Part shown: positions 18,684-29,588 of the stretch, piece by piece
How the letters are laid out: each line of letters starts with the position of its first letter
How positions within the stretch are numbered: position 1 is the stretch's first letter
IMG/VR virus record: IMGVR_UViG_3300043449_002204
Span: 13,736 to 77,735 of that record
Reading direction: 5' to 3' (one strand)
DNA from: a virus
DNA: 64,000 nt
Made by a program: the position numbers and the translations under genes
Notes under the pieces: model-generated
What the model was told of the DNA's origin: nothing
Seen by the model: only the letters and a program-made list of their open reading frames with translations
The model's database searches: none

Positions 18684-19832
18684 TTATTGAGTTTTTATCG
18701 TAAAATACTTATATCCATAATTTTTTAAGTCACCAAAAGTAGCCACCTCTCCCAATCTTTGTATTTGTTCGAGAGCGGTATTCTTACCTCTCTCTATAAA
18801 TACATTAGATACAATTTCTGGCTCACTTATCACATTAATTAATGCCTCATCTTTTGTGGTTGCAGAACAAACCAATGAATCTGTACAACCTGATGAATAA
18901 ACAGTAAATATTGTTTTACCATCAGGGTAATCTCGATATTCAATATCATTAATTGTATATGCAGTAAAAGCGTTATTTGCCGCAACCCCTCTGTAAACCG
19001 CAACGGTGCCTGAAGCACCAGTTATTTTTTGGTCAATTCTATATTTTGTAGGACCGTATAATTCAACTTGAGATAAAGAAGATGTTGTATATCCTGTAAC
19101 AACAAATGGTATACTTATAAATTCACAGCAAGGATTTTCTGTTTCGCAATATTCGTCATAATGATAAATGTAATCATATGATATTGGTGTCGCCGACCAA
19201 TTGCCTCCCGCCGGTATAAAAAACGCCTCACCATTTGGATTATCAATTGTTACGTTTGTAAAAGGTGTGTATACTTTTTTCTTAACTATATTAACACCCC
19301 AAGGACTAAGTCCTGACATACTAATCTCAAACACACCATTTGAAGCGTAAGTGTGAGTATATGGTGTTGGTGCGGTTGAATTAACTACCTCTGAAGGGGA
19401 ACCATCTCCCCAATCAATTCTATAATCAGCAAATTTTAAATATCTTTTAAATTCTTTATCAGACGTATTATAAAAACTGTAAGTATATGGTGCGGCCAAA
19501 CTAGATGTAAAAAGAAAATTCACCATAGTGTCCTGTTGGGTCGCCAACCCATCAAATGCAGTATAATATCCAAAATCAACTGTATTTTCACTTAAAAATA
19601 TTGGTACCGTAATATTCAAAATTGAATTTCCGCTATCTCCTGATACTATCTCAGTCATTGATGAATAAACATATACGGTCCCTGATGTCGCCCCTGTTAA
19701 TGGTAGAGGGTCATCACAGCAAGAATCTTTTGGCCTTGGAAAACTATAACCACCTGAAGTAAAATTTTTTGGAAATATTTTATGACTTATTACTTCGGGT
19801 GATATTCTAATATTATAAATCCTATCTTGCAT
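18684..19832 (-). CDS. Virion protein with a PKD-like domain
   Basis: YRIDWGDGS...HTYASNGVFEI is the PKD signature (WGDG..HxY..G). Confidence 0.6.
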   Translation of the reverse strand: MQDRIYNIRISPEVISHKIFPKNFTSGGYSFPRPKDSCCDDPLPLTGATSGTVYVYSSMTEIVSGDSGNSILNITVPIFLSENTVDFGYYTAFDGLATQQDTMVNFLFTSSLAAPYTYSFYNTSDKEFKRYLKFADYRIDWGDGSPSEVVNSTAPTPYTHTYASNGVFEISMSGLSPWGVNIVKKKVYTPFTNVTIDNPNGEAFFIPAGGNWSATPISYDYIYHYDEYCETENPCCEFISIPFVVTGYTTSSLSQVELYGPTKYRIDQKITGASGTVAVYRGVAANNAFTAYTINDIEYRDYPDGKTIFTVYSSGCTDSLVCSATTKDEALINVISEPEIVSNVFIERGKNTALEQIQRLGEVATFGDLKNYGYKYFTIKTQ

Positions 19833-20614
19833 TATGATGGGTTAATATATTCATACCAGTTGATGGGTGTCCCCGTGCCAATTCTTGTACCTCCGTAATT
19901 GTATATTTTATAGGTATAAGTATTATAATCCAATACGACTTTGTGATAAAAATATCTTGCAGTATCAAATGAAGTTGGGTCTGGTAATGTACTTGGATTA
20001 GCATTCATCATTCTTACAAAAATTCCCAATTTTGCATCGAAGAATTTGACTGTCATATAAAAAGTATCCAAATTCAAAAACTTCTTATCTCTCATCCAAT
20101 ACATAAAAAATCCTTCTCTATTTTTTGTATAATCCAATATAAATTCAGGTCTTTCTACTGACACGTTTGGTAAATAAGGACTAATAGAAACAGAATCTTC
20201 TTCTCCTGTTTGTAAAGGTAAAATCACCGTAAAATAAATTGTTTGATTTTGATTCTCCGTTGAATTATAAAAATCTAATTTGAAAAAAGATTTTTCAAAA
20301 CTATTACTTATATAATAATTTTCTTCGGTTGTAAACCCTTCAGCTTGGTAATTATTTTCCCATGTTGTGGTATTTTCATCATAAAAGTAAAATTTGTAAT
20401 TAACTCTTGTTTGTTGGTCGGTTCCATACTCATCGTGAGCAAATCTTAAAATATCAAAATCTTTTGCAAGTCCAATGACTTCCACTATCGCATTTTCCTC
20501 CCATAACTCAATACTTTCGCTCTGACCGTAGTTGTCCCAATTTATTTCAATTGGCAACTCAATGGCTTTGGTTCCAGTAGGTATTGTAAAATAATATTTA
20601 TTATTCGCAGCCAT
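19832..20614 (-). CDS. Hypothetical protein, probably baseplate structural
   Basis: 260-aa aromatic-rich ORF, coupled to both neighbours. Confidence 0.55.
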   Translation of the reverse strand: MAANNKYYFTIPTGTKAIELPIEINWDNYGQSESIELWEENAIVEVIGLAKDFDILRFAHDEYGTDQQTRVNYKFYFYDENTTTWENNYQAEGFTTEENYYISNSFEKSFFKLDFYNSTENQNQTIYFTVILPLQTGEEDSVSISPYLPNVSVERPEFILDYTKNREGFFMYWMRDKKFLNLDTFYMTVKFFDAKLGIFVRMMNANPSTLPDPTSFDTARYFYHKVVLDYNTYTYKIYNYGGTRIGTGTPINWYEYINPS

Positions 20615-22382
20615 CTATAATCATTGTTTGAGTTGTTGCATTATTAAAACTATACTCCTTATAATTACTACCTTCAGGTATTATTCTAAATATGATGTTT
20701 CTAAATGTGTGATGTCTCCCGTTCATAAATGGCCAATTGGTCCCAATATTTTCACTATCAATATATCCATAGTCATATAAATCTCTCCAAATGAAAACAT
20801 TTCTATTTTCAGAAAAATATGCGTAATCAGGAATACCAACAGTATTTTTTGGTCCGGCCTCTTCTAAATAATCTGAATAATCTCTTAAATTAATTCCAAA
20901 ATGAGGTTGATAATAATAACCAAACGGATTGTTAGGTTGTCCCGCCGAAGTATTAAATGTTAATTCATTAAATCTTATTTTATGATAATGTGTTGCAACT
21001 TCATATTCTTTTTGTTCATAATCATTCCATTCACATAAATCACCATCTAAAACATCTCCAACATTTGGTGTATTTGTATATATAAAATTGTATGGTCCTC
21101 CTAATGGATTTGTACCAAAAGGTGGAGGTACATTATATGTACTAGTTGGTAATCCTGTGTTTGATGCCGAATTACTATCTTGCCACCAATTTGTTGGTAA
21201 TCCTGTAAACGGGTCCAATGGTAAATTAAATTCCCAACCTTGTTTTAAACTCTTAGTCCAACCAAAATACCCTCTCCAAATTGTAGTATAGTACAATTTA
21301 GTCACAGGTCGTCTTTGATTATCAACCAAATTATTTATATCAACATCAGAATTAAATGATAAAGTATAACTTTGGGAACCCTCCTTTGTTGATATTCTTT
21401 CAAATTGATTTGGGGTATAAGGTTCCCTTTCTAATTTTGCTGTTGTTTTGAAAATATTTTGTTCATATCCCGAGTTAACTAAAACAGATGCTGATGGTGG
21501 TGTTAAAACCTTATGTTTTCTAACGTAATATTCTGAAGTGGTTTCATTTTGATTATTTTGTAATACAACACGTTTAAATGTTGATTTTAATCCAGTTGAA
21601 ATTGTTGTAAACCCAGGGTCTTGTATGTTTACCACATACTCATCACTACCAACTGTTTCATTACCTAGTGAATATACCGAGAAAAAATCAATATTATTAA
21701 AATTAAATGGTGATTTAAATTTTACAAATTCACCAGGAGACATTCCATGTTTTATAGGACACCATAACTGTATTACTTTTAAACCTCGTAATGTTGTTAA
21801 CTTTACCACAAACGGTATTCCGTCAGAAACTGTCCAACTTATGTTTTGAGTTCCTGATACACCAGGAATTAAAAATGTTGCGCTCATGTTTTGTGTTGTA
21901 TCGTTTTCATATGCGTAAGTCATACAAAAACTCCAATTATATTTTGCAACATCTTTTGGTCTAAATATTAAATGTTGGTCAGGTGGTTGAGTATAATATG
22001 GTTGATTAAAATCATTACGAATAAAATCAAATTCATTATATTGTGGTAATCCAATCCAAGTTGCGGGGTCACCAGCACAGGCTGCCGCTGCCGCAACATC
22101 AGCATTTAAATAATAAAGATTATTAATAAAAGGAGTATAAGTAGAATAACCAGAATAAGCGTTTTGAAATAACAGGGTGTATTTAGCAACCGGTCTAATT
22201 AATGTGGATTTTTGTCTTTCATCATCAAACACCTGTTGTAAACTAATATCCGCACTCCTATCAAATTCAATTAGTAATTTTTGACTTTGAACGAAAGGTA
22301 CTTTTAATCCTATATCAGTGTCAGGAGCTGACTGATATCTTAAAGAACCTAATATTACTCGCGTATCATTAATATTTCCCAT
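20601..22382 (-). CDS. Hypothetical protein, probably baseplate structural
   Basis: 593-aa ORF in the baseplate operon. Confidence 0.55.
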   Translation of the reverse strand: MGNINDTRVILGSLRYQSAPDTDIGLKVPFVQSQKLLIEFDRSADISLQQVFDDERQKSTLIRPVAKYTLLFQNAYSGYSTYTPFINNLYYLNADVAAAAACAGDPATWIGLPQYNEFDFIRNDFNQPYYTQPPDQHLIFRPKDVAKYNWSFCMTYAYENDTTQNMSATFLIPGVSGTQNISWTVSDGIPFVVKLTTLRGLKVIQLWCPIKHGMSPGEFVKFKSPFNFNNIDFFSVYSLGNETVGSDEYVVNIQDPGFTTISTGLKSTFKRVVLQNNQNETTSEYYVRKHKVLTPPSASVLVNSGYEQNIFKTTAKLEREPYTPNQFERISTKEGSQSYTLSFNSDVDINNLVDNQRRPVTKLYYTTIWRGYFGWTKSLKQGWEFNLPLDPFTGLPTNWWQDSNSASNTGLPTSTYNVPPPFGTNPLGGPYNFIYTNTPNVGDVLDGDLCEWNDYEQKEYEVATHYHKIRFNELTFNTSAGQPNNPFGYYYQPHFGINLRDYSDYLEEAGPKNTVGIPDYAYFSENRNVFIWRDLYDYGYIDSENIGTNWPFMNGRHHTFRNIIFRIIPEGSNYKEYSFNNATTQTMIIDGCE

Positions 22383-22384
22383 TT

Positions 22385-25300
22385 TTAAAATACGATAGTA
22401 TCAGTTTGTACCCATTTTACCAAGAATCTATCAAAGGCACTAGCTCCTTTGGTTAACCCAAAATAAAAATAAAATGGTGCAGTATTGTTTATTTTTCTAT
22501 CGATTGGTCCAGATGGTGGTGGTGTATAATTAGGATATGAAAAGTCAACTTGTCCTCCAACTACATTATATATGTATCCTTTAAAATTTGATTCTGATGA
22601 TGGGTCATTAGGTATCATGGTTCTAGAACCAATCGGCATTGAATCATCAATTCTATCTATACTTTGATACCTAATATGGTTAAATTCTCCGGAAATCGGT
22701 ATAGTATACCATTCATTTTTTTGGTCTCCAAAAATACTATCTTCTGCAGCCCCTTCCGAATTTTGTTTTATATTCCATAAATACATAGGTATGTCCTGTG
22801 AAAACACTGGAAATTCATCAAAAGTACAAGTAAAATTTGGGTCAGAACCTGGAGAAACTATTGTTCTTTTTGGTGATAACCAATCTCTGATTTGTGTGTT
22901 TGCAGAAAAAGCAACTCCGAATACGTTACTGTCAGATTCTGCACTATTAAAGAAAATATCATTTGGGTCCTCATATACAGTACTATCGTAAGGTATTACC
23001 CCTATTTGAGAATTTATGGCCCCCATTTGAGCATAATCGGCATCAATTTTATTATTATCTCGTGAGAAAAATCTTTTAACAGGGTCATTAGCCAATCCTA
23101 AACGAGCCGCATCTTTTATAGTATCTCGAATACTTCCACTGACCATTCTTGATGTTATAAATAAATTCAATAATTCGTCAGTATCTTGGAATGAAGTTGC
23201 CGCGAGTCTATTTACTACATACCCTTGAAACTCATCGCTGTAAGATAATTCGTCCATATAATCATTTCTTGGTCCCAAATCCATTATTGTTGTGGGAAAC
23301 ATTAAATCTTTTTGGTTGCCTTTAAGATTTGTATTTAAAATTCCTCTTGGGTTATCTCTACCAATATATCCAAATGATTCTGAATATGGCGCAACTCTAT
23401 AGTAGAAAGTATTAGTTTTAGGGTCTAAGAAAATTAAATGTTTACATGAACATGAATATGGTTGATTTGGCCCTAAACTGTTCGGGTTATTAGGGTCAAT
23501 ACCTGGACTTGTATATCTTGTCTCGTTTTGGAATGGGAATGCATATAATGTACCATTAATCCATTGATTTGTAAAAATATGTCCGAAAACATTTCTACAA
23601 GCGGCAAAACTAATTTTCATTCGTAACATCCACTCAAACATTAAATACAAATCGACTTTTAATGATTTTAAAGGTTTTGTAACCAATTTATAACATCCAT
23701 TTACTAATATTTTTTCACCTGATACATAATTAAAATTACCCCAACCTCCATTTGTATAACAATTATCTCCAGATGGTCTAACGTACACAAATCCACTGGT
23801 TGGGTCTACATAATAACACTCAAGTGGTACTAGTCCTTCACAAGAATATGTACTTGCAATACCACCATTCGATACTGCCGGATTTGTATTTAAAGAATCT
23901 TGATTGTCCTGTCCATTACCCTCACCTATAGTTAATGTCGCAGTTCCTGCAGTAACATTAGTAGTTAAACCGTCATCTGGTATTGGATAGAATGATAATA
24001 GTGTGTTACTCATTAAAGGTAAACTATAATCGATGGGGTTATTTGTATTCGTTTGTCCGTCTTTTGGAGTGTTTGACATTGGAAGTCTATCTGACCTCAT
24101 TATAATTTGTCTATCATCATCACCTAACACCATGCTCATAGCTGTTTCTGGGTATCTTTGTGAGAAAAACCAATTTACAGGTACGGAATTAAATTGTGGT
24201 GCGGCTGTTAATGGATTAGGATTAATAAGTCCTAAAACAGATACCGATACCTCATATCTTTGGCCAGCGGCTCCCGCCTCTATTCCAAAAACAGAACCTC
24301 CCTCAACTATTTCATTTTTAAAATAACCTCTATTTCTTCCATTTAGTGGTGTATTATATCTATTTTCATCACCGGTTAATGCCCCTCCACTTAATGTGGG
24401 ATTATAATACACCACAGAATCAAGGGGTAATAAAGGTGCGGTTAAAATCGTGGAATTGGTATTATACCATAATTCCCTTGAATAGTCGTTGTTATTATTA
24501 ATTGTCACAGTGGAGTCTCCTCCTCCGCCTCCATTAATTACTTGGTTAATAGTTAAATCAGGAATACCATTAGACCCGTTTAAGTTTAATGCGTCTAAAC
24601 TAGAATAAAAAGAAGGTTTGGTGCTGGTAAATGGTATAAATATTGTAGGGTCTGGTTTGAAAGCAAAAGATTTATGATATAACTTTTGTGATGAATAAAC
24701 AGTATCAGTGGCATCACTTGATGATAAATTATGTCTAACACATCTAATTCCAGGTTGTATTGGTATATTTAATTTAGCCTTGTTAATTGTGACTGTTTTA
24801 CCGGGTTCTCCAAAATTATATCCAAATATACGACTTAAATCATAGGTACATCTTGTTCTTGTTGAGTTAGGGTCAACTCCTCTAACCATGAAAATAACTT
24901 TAAAATCACTGAATCCTGAAATACATTCAATTGGGGTTAAAATTTCATTATTATATTGTTGGAGTATGTCTGGATTATTAGGTATATCAACTCTATTGGT
25001 TATTACTCTTACTCCTCCATTTAAGTATCTATGAGCAAAACAATTAGGTGCCAATGAAACCGAATTACTTTCCGCGATAACATCGGCAACGGTTCCTGAA
25101 TAAATCACTTGGAAATATTCTTGGTCCATAGGAAATTTAGCATATTTACCGTCATCTCCTGATGTCCTTATTTGGTAATTAGCAGATAATGAAGAAGGTT
25201 GACCCGGAGTTATATCAGGGTTAGCATACTCTAATGTGACAAAAGATTGATAAACTACATTAACAACTCCATCAGGTCCAACAAAAGATATAGGCGAACC

Positions 25301-27667
25301 TACTGGAGTGCCAGTTATTGATTCTGTTCCATATTGATTTATAGTAGATGTAAATGCGGTTAAATTAGGGTCACTATTATCAAATCTTTTTGTAAATGTA
25401 AAAAGAGAACCACCACTTATTGGAAAATCGGTTGCAGAGTCAAGTACAAGTGCAACAATATTATCATAGTGAAATTCATTAGGATTATTATCAATATTGA
25501 ATGTTACTTTTATTCTATTTACGCCGCCACCAGGATTTGTGCTACCATATTGGTCAAAATATTTTGCCTTAGTATTAAATAAATTAATTTTTTCAGAAAA
25601 AGGTAAACTAAATGAAAAACTTTTACAATCATTTTCTATTAATCCTGATGGTCCGACATTAGCAGATTCTGATTGTGGTACTGTTGTTAAACCACTAAAA
25701 TTTAAAGTACTTCCTGTATATCTCAAATTTTGATACTCAACAGTTTGTGTGAATGAACCGTCTTGAATATTTAAAGTATTTAGTCCTGACTGTCCTGGAA
25801 AACTACCAGGGTCAACAGGTGTTGTTGTTGGGGTCGCACAATCACATAATTCACAGTCAGGATATGTGAGTGCGGGTAAATTCATAACTTGATTTTCACA
25901 TTTATCTTCCCATTCATTACAAACTCCCTTCATTTTATCACAAAAATCAGAATTAGGGAAAAATTTACATACGAATCTTTTAATACTACATAAAAAATCC
26001 GCTAATAAACAGACTATCTTCGCAACAATATGTTTTATAAAAATGACCGCAATTAAAATTGGTATGGCAATGAGTGATAATATTTTAAATAAAAGATATA
26101 ATATATCAAATTGAAACTGCCCATCATTAAAAGGAAATGGATTTGTAGTACTTTCGCAAGTATCATCTAAAATATCTCTAATTGCCAAAAATTTCTTATT
26201 ACCACTACTTGCACGATATTCTGTCAAAAGTTGTGAAACAGTATAAACTTTATTATACTTCATTTCATAAAACCTATCTTCGCAATTAACCGCCTCTTGT
26301 ACCATACGTTGACCTAATGTTGTTAAAACACCCGCATTTGTCTGTCCATAGTCTTTCCAATCTAAACTAAACGCATATGATGCGGCAACTGCCTTAAAAT
26401 TAATGTCATTCCAATCATTCGGATTAGGAGCGATGCAATTTACATAGTCTGTTGTGTTAAAATAAGAAGGGTCATCGGTTGTACTTGACCATCCCCATTC
26501 TTTTATATTAGGTACCAAAAAGGTTGCTCTTTTAACAGGTCCACTTAGAGTTGCCGGTTGCTCCCATTTTATTTTAAATCGATATTTTGCCTTTGTTGGT
26601 ACACCAATTTTTGGGTCATTAGAAAATGTTCTTTCTCCAAATTCATTAGTATAAACAAAATCTAAATTCATCGGAACATCAATAAGCCAAGTTCCATTAT
26701 CATCAATAACCTTACCTCCTTCGTCTAATTGATATACCTCTAATACAGGATATCCGAGGGAGTCAATCGCAATTGTTTGTCTAATTGCTAATATCTCACC
26801 AGGACCTGAAGTAAGTGTACATAAGTTACCTAATTTTCTATTTACCTTACATTTTTTCTTAACCGCTCTTTTATCTTCATTTGATATCAAAGAACCCATA
26901 AAAATAGCAGCAGGTTGTATCGTAATACCTGCCTCTTTAACTAAGTCAAAATCAGTTCTTGTGATTCCTAATTCACAAACCTCTGGTTGACCCCACAATG
27001 GATAAACCTCAATAACCCTATTAAAACTTAATAACTGTGGTAAACTATCAAGATTTGATGATGAATTAAATAATAAACCAGAAACCTGATTTTCTGTCGC
27101 AACACCAATTCTAACTAAATCTTGCGGTGACATTGAAAATTCTCCAATATCAGACAAATCTATATCGACATGTACTGTTTGACTACCAAGTGGTACTCCA
27201 AAAAGCATGAAGTCTCCGCTATCATTTGTTTTGGCAGTGAATTTAAAATACCTATCATAAATCTCTATTAAAGTAGGATTGGTTAATACATCTTTTCTAG
27301 ATGGAAATGTTCCTGTAGGAGTGTGCCCTCCGTGAGATTTAGTATATGGTAATAAATTATATCTATAACCTTCATCATTAACATCATCTAATGTTTTATA
27401 AGGATATAATTCCGAAATAACGGGATTCAATTCGTCCTCATCAGTTAGAGGTACAAAAATAGAAACCTTGCAGTTTGGTAATCCTAATCCATTATTTGCA
27501 GTTATTCTACCTACAACAACTCCATAGTCAGCACAAATTCGACTATATATGTCACTTTGTAGTATTTTTAACGACAATATTTCGAGAGATTCGAAGTCCT
27601 GTTCTAATTGTACTTTAATAGCTTTATCTTTACCGACTTCAGTCCTAACTCTATATGATTTTGGCAT
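22385..27667 (-). CDS. Large baseplate-associated protein with an N-terminal carboxypeptidase-regulatory-like beta domain and an internal hydrophobic helix
   Basis: 1760 aa. GVVVGRIT..GLPNCKVSI..TAKTNDSGDFMLFGVPLGSQTV resembles prealbumin-like/CarboxypepD_reg folds. Hydrophobic stretch ILYLLFKILSLIAIPILIAVIFI. Directly follows gp6. Confidence 0.55.
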   Translation of the reverse strand: MPKSYRVRTEVGKDKAIKVQLEQDFESLEILSLKILQSDIYSRICADYGVVVGRITANNGLGLPNCKVSIFVPLTDEDELNPVISELYPYKTLDDVNDEGYRYNLLPYTKSHGGHTPTGTFPSRKDVLTNPTLIEIYDRYFKFTAKTNDSGDFMLFGVPLGSQTVHVDIDLSDIGEFSMSPQDLVRIGVATENQVSGLLFNSSSNLDSLPQLLSFNRVIEVYPLWGQPEVCELGITRTDFDLVKEAGITIQPAAIFMGSLISNEDKRAVKKKCKVNRKLGNLCTLTSGPGEILAIRQTIAIDSLGYPVLEVYQLDEGGKVIDDNGTWLIDVPMNLDFVYTNEFGERTFSNDPKIGVPTKAKYRFKIKWEQPATLSGPVKRATFLVPNIKEWGWSSTTDDPSYFNTTDYVNCIAPNPNDWNDINFKAVAASYAFSLDWKDYGQTNAGVLTTLGQRMVQEAVNCEDRFYEMKYNKVYTVSQLLTEYRASSGNKKFLAIRDILDDTCESTTNPFPFNDGQFQFDILYLLFKILSLIAIPILIAVIFIKHIVAKIVCLLADFLCSIKRFVCKFFPNSDFCDKMKGVCNEWEDKCENQVMNLPALTYPDCELCDCATPTTTPVDPGSFPGQSGLNTLNIQDGSFTQTVEYQNLRYTGSTLNFSGLTTVPQSESANVGPSGLIENDCKSFSFSLPFSEKINLFNTKAKYFDQYGSTNPGGGVNRIKVTFNIDNNPNEFHYDNIVALVLDSATDFPISGGSLFTFTKRFDNSDPNLTAFTSTINQYGTESITGTPVGSPISFVGPDGVVNVVYQSFVTLEYANPDITPGQPSSLSANYQIRTSGDDGKYAKFPMDQEYFQVIYSGTVADVIAESNSVSLAPNCFAHRYLNGGVRVITNRVDIPNNPDILQQYNNEILTPIECISGFSDFKVIFMVRGVDPNSTRTRCTYDLSRIFGYNFGEPGKTVTINKAKLNIPIQPGIRCVRHNLSSSDATDTVYSSQKLYHKSFAFKPDPTIFIPFTSTKPSFYSSLDALNLNGSNGIPDLTINQVINGGGGGDSTVTINNNNDYSRELWYNTNSTILTAPLLPLDSVVYYNPTLSGGALTGDENRYNTPLNGRNRGYFKNEIVEGGSVFGIEAGAAGQRYEVSVSVLGLINPNPLTAAPQFNSVPVNWFFSQRYPETAMSMVLGDDDRQIIMRSDRLPMSNTPKDGQTNTNNPIDYSLPLMSNTLLSFYPIPDDGLTTNVTAGTATLTIGEGNGQDNQDSLNTNPAVSNGGIASTYSCEGLVPLECYYVDPTSGFVYVRPSGDNCYTNGGWGNFNYVSGEKILVNGCYKLVTKPLKSLKVDLYLMFEWMLRMKISFAACRNVFGHIFTNQWINGTLYAFPFQNETRYTSPGIDPNNPNSLGPNQPYSCSCKHLIFLDPKTNTFYYRVAPYSESFGYIGRDNPRGILNTNLKGNQKDLMFPTTIMDLGPRNDYMDELSYSDEFQGYVVNRLAATSFQDTDELLNLFITSRMVSGSIRDTIKDAARLGLANDPVKRFFSRDNNKIDADYAQMGAINSQIGVIPYDSTVYEDPNDIFFNSAESDSNVFGVAFSANTQIRDWLSPKRTIVSPGSDPNFTCTFDEFPVFSQDIPMYLWNIKQNSEGAAEDSIFGDQKNEWYTIPISGEFNHIRYQSIDRIDDSMPIGSRTMIPNDPSSESNFKGYIYNVVGGQVDFSYPNYTPPPSGPIDRKINNTAPFYFYFGLTKGASAFDRFLVKWVQTDTIVF

Positions 27668-27743
27668 TACTTGCTCTATTTTTTAAATAAATAGTTTATT
27701 GTCTATTTTCAAAAGATAGAGTAAATCTGATTAAAATAAATTA

Positions 27744-29582
27744 TCACGAAAAATTGACTGATTTAAAGTTCTTAACTCTAACTGTAATATCTTTACCAGG
27801 AAATCTAACCTGATATGTTTGATTTGGTTCGGCAAAAATTGTATCATCAATTAACTCAATTTCACGAGTTTCAGCGTTAGAATATCTCTGTGAAGTTTGA
27901 GATGATGAATATTGACCACCGACCAAATTATAAAATGTAATATTTGCCAAGGTAATAACACCGTTTTCATTTTGTATTTGTCTACGTAACTCAGAGATAT
28001 ACACATTCTCACCCATTTGTCGGTTTAATGGACTGAAAAAATCTGTGACAATATTAATAACTTGCGAAATCAAAGCTCCTTGGTTTTGACTACTATCTAA
28101 AACAACTTCAATAACTGTAGATAAATCAATAACATTTGCTGACATTATTGATATATAGTCATTTAACATTCTATAATTTGATAGATAATTTGCAACATTA
28201 CTTTTCAATGTATTAGATACAACCTCTGTTAGTTTTCCTGTTTCATCGTAAGCCAACATTTGTATCTTAATCTTATTATTTTCTTCCGTGATTGCAACTT
28301 TTGCCGGCGCTCCGAATTGTGATGGCATCGTTCTAATAATTGAATCGTAATCATTCACAGTTACCGCTCTATTTTGAGCGGCGAAATTAAATGACACCAG
28401 GTTTCTAACTTCTTCAGTTGTTGGTATGTTTGCCCCTCCAATTGCCGCAGTAACATTGTTACACTTTAGTGAATTAATAACACTAGTATTAATAGAAGAT
28501 GAAGGTCCATTTACATAAAAGGATATCGTACCTATTTGTGTTATAACATTAACACCTACATTACTACTTAAACCACCACCCACTCTGTATTGTACAAATA
28601 AAGTAGTGTTCGCTTTTAAAGTACTACCCAAAGCAAAGTTATTTGAATACTTATATAAATCTAATTTATACCCGTTTCTCGCAAACTCTTTTAATTGTTC
28701 GTCGGCAGATTGACTACCTCCACCAAAAGTTATCTTCATATAACCTTCAGGTGTAAATTCAGTTATAAACTTATTTGATGTTGTTATATATTTTCCTACT
28801 TTAATACCTGGCGAATCAGAGGTTTTAGTTGGGTCTTCAACAAATACCCTATCTTGTGCAAGTGCCTGAACTTCATACCATCTGTTATCTAATCCTAAAA
28901 ATTCTTGGGTTGATGGTACATTTGCATATTGAGTACCGTCCTTTAATAAAACACTTGTAACACCTAGTACATTTTTTTCAGGTAAGAATAATTCAAAAAA
29001 TGGTTTTACATCATTAGGAGTTATTACCCTTTTGAATACTTTTGTAACCCCGTTAACTACAGTCTCCCTCTTAACTATTGTGTAATTTATTAAGATATTA
29101 TTTGAATCAAAATTAGGTATCACTAATCTATTTGGAGCACCTTCGGCATTAACTGCGGAAGAAAAATCAATATCGTATACTGTCTCAAAAATTTGTCCTG
29201 CTCCGTTAACCTGAGAACCTCGTCTTAAAATACCACAATATCTTAAATCCTCCTTATCACCAAACGCAGGAACTGTAATTGCCAAATCGACTAATGCTAC
29301 CGAAGGTCTTTGACCTGGAACTTTTAATCCGTAAGTTCTCGCAATATTATATATTGATGACCTTTGTTGTGCATATTGTAATACTGTTTCTTGGATACTC
29401 CTATCAATGTTGAATTGTAGGTTATCAGTAACCGCGGCATTTAAATCTAATAACACCGAGAAAACCGAAGCGTCATTAACATTGTCAATTAAATCAGGAT
29501 AATACGTTCTTGTAAAATTTACTAGTTCAGCCCTTATCGCTTCAAAATCTCGGGTGGTATATGATATCTTTTTGTTTGCCAT
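27744..29582 (-). CDS. Baseplate wedge subunit (T4 gp6 / baseplate J-like)
   Basis: Motifs YTTRDFEAIRAEL, YRVGGGLSSNVG, AAIGGA and FAAQNRAVTVNDY. Adjacent to gp25. Confidence 0.9.
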   Translation of the reverse strand: MANKKISYTTRDFEAIRAELVNFTRTYYPDLIDNVNDASVFSVLLDLNAAVTDNLQFNIDRSIQETVLQYAQQRSSIYNIARTYGLKVPGQRPSVALVDLAITVPAFGDKEDLRYCGILRRGSQVNGAGQIFETVYDIDFSSAVNAEGAPNRLVIPNFDSNNILINYTIVKRETVVNGVTKVFKRVITPNDVKPFFELFLPEKNVLGVTSVLLKDGTQYANVPSTQEFLGLDNRWYEVQALAQDRVFVEDPTKTSDSPGIKVGKYITTSNKFITEFTPEGYMKITFGGGSQSADEQLKEFARNGYKLDLYKYSNNFALGSTLKANTTLFVQYRVGGGLSSNVGVNVITQIGTISFYVNGPSSSINTSVINSLKCNNVTAAIGGANIPTTEEVRNLVSFNFAAQNRAVTVNDYDSIIRTMPSQFGAPAKVAITEENNKIKIQMLAYDETGKLTEVVSNTLKSNVANYLSNYRMLNDYISIMSANVIDLSTVIEVVLDSSQNQGALISQVINIVTDFFSPLNRQMGENVYISELRRQIQNENGVITLANITFYNLVGGQYSSSQTSQRYSNAETREIELIDDTIFAEPNQTYQVRFPGKDITVRVKNFKSVNFS

Positions 29583-29588
29583 GTATTA

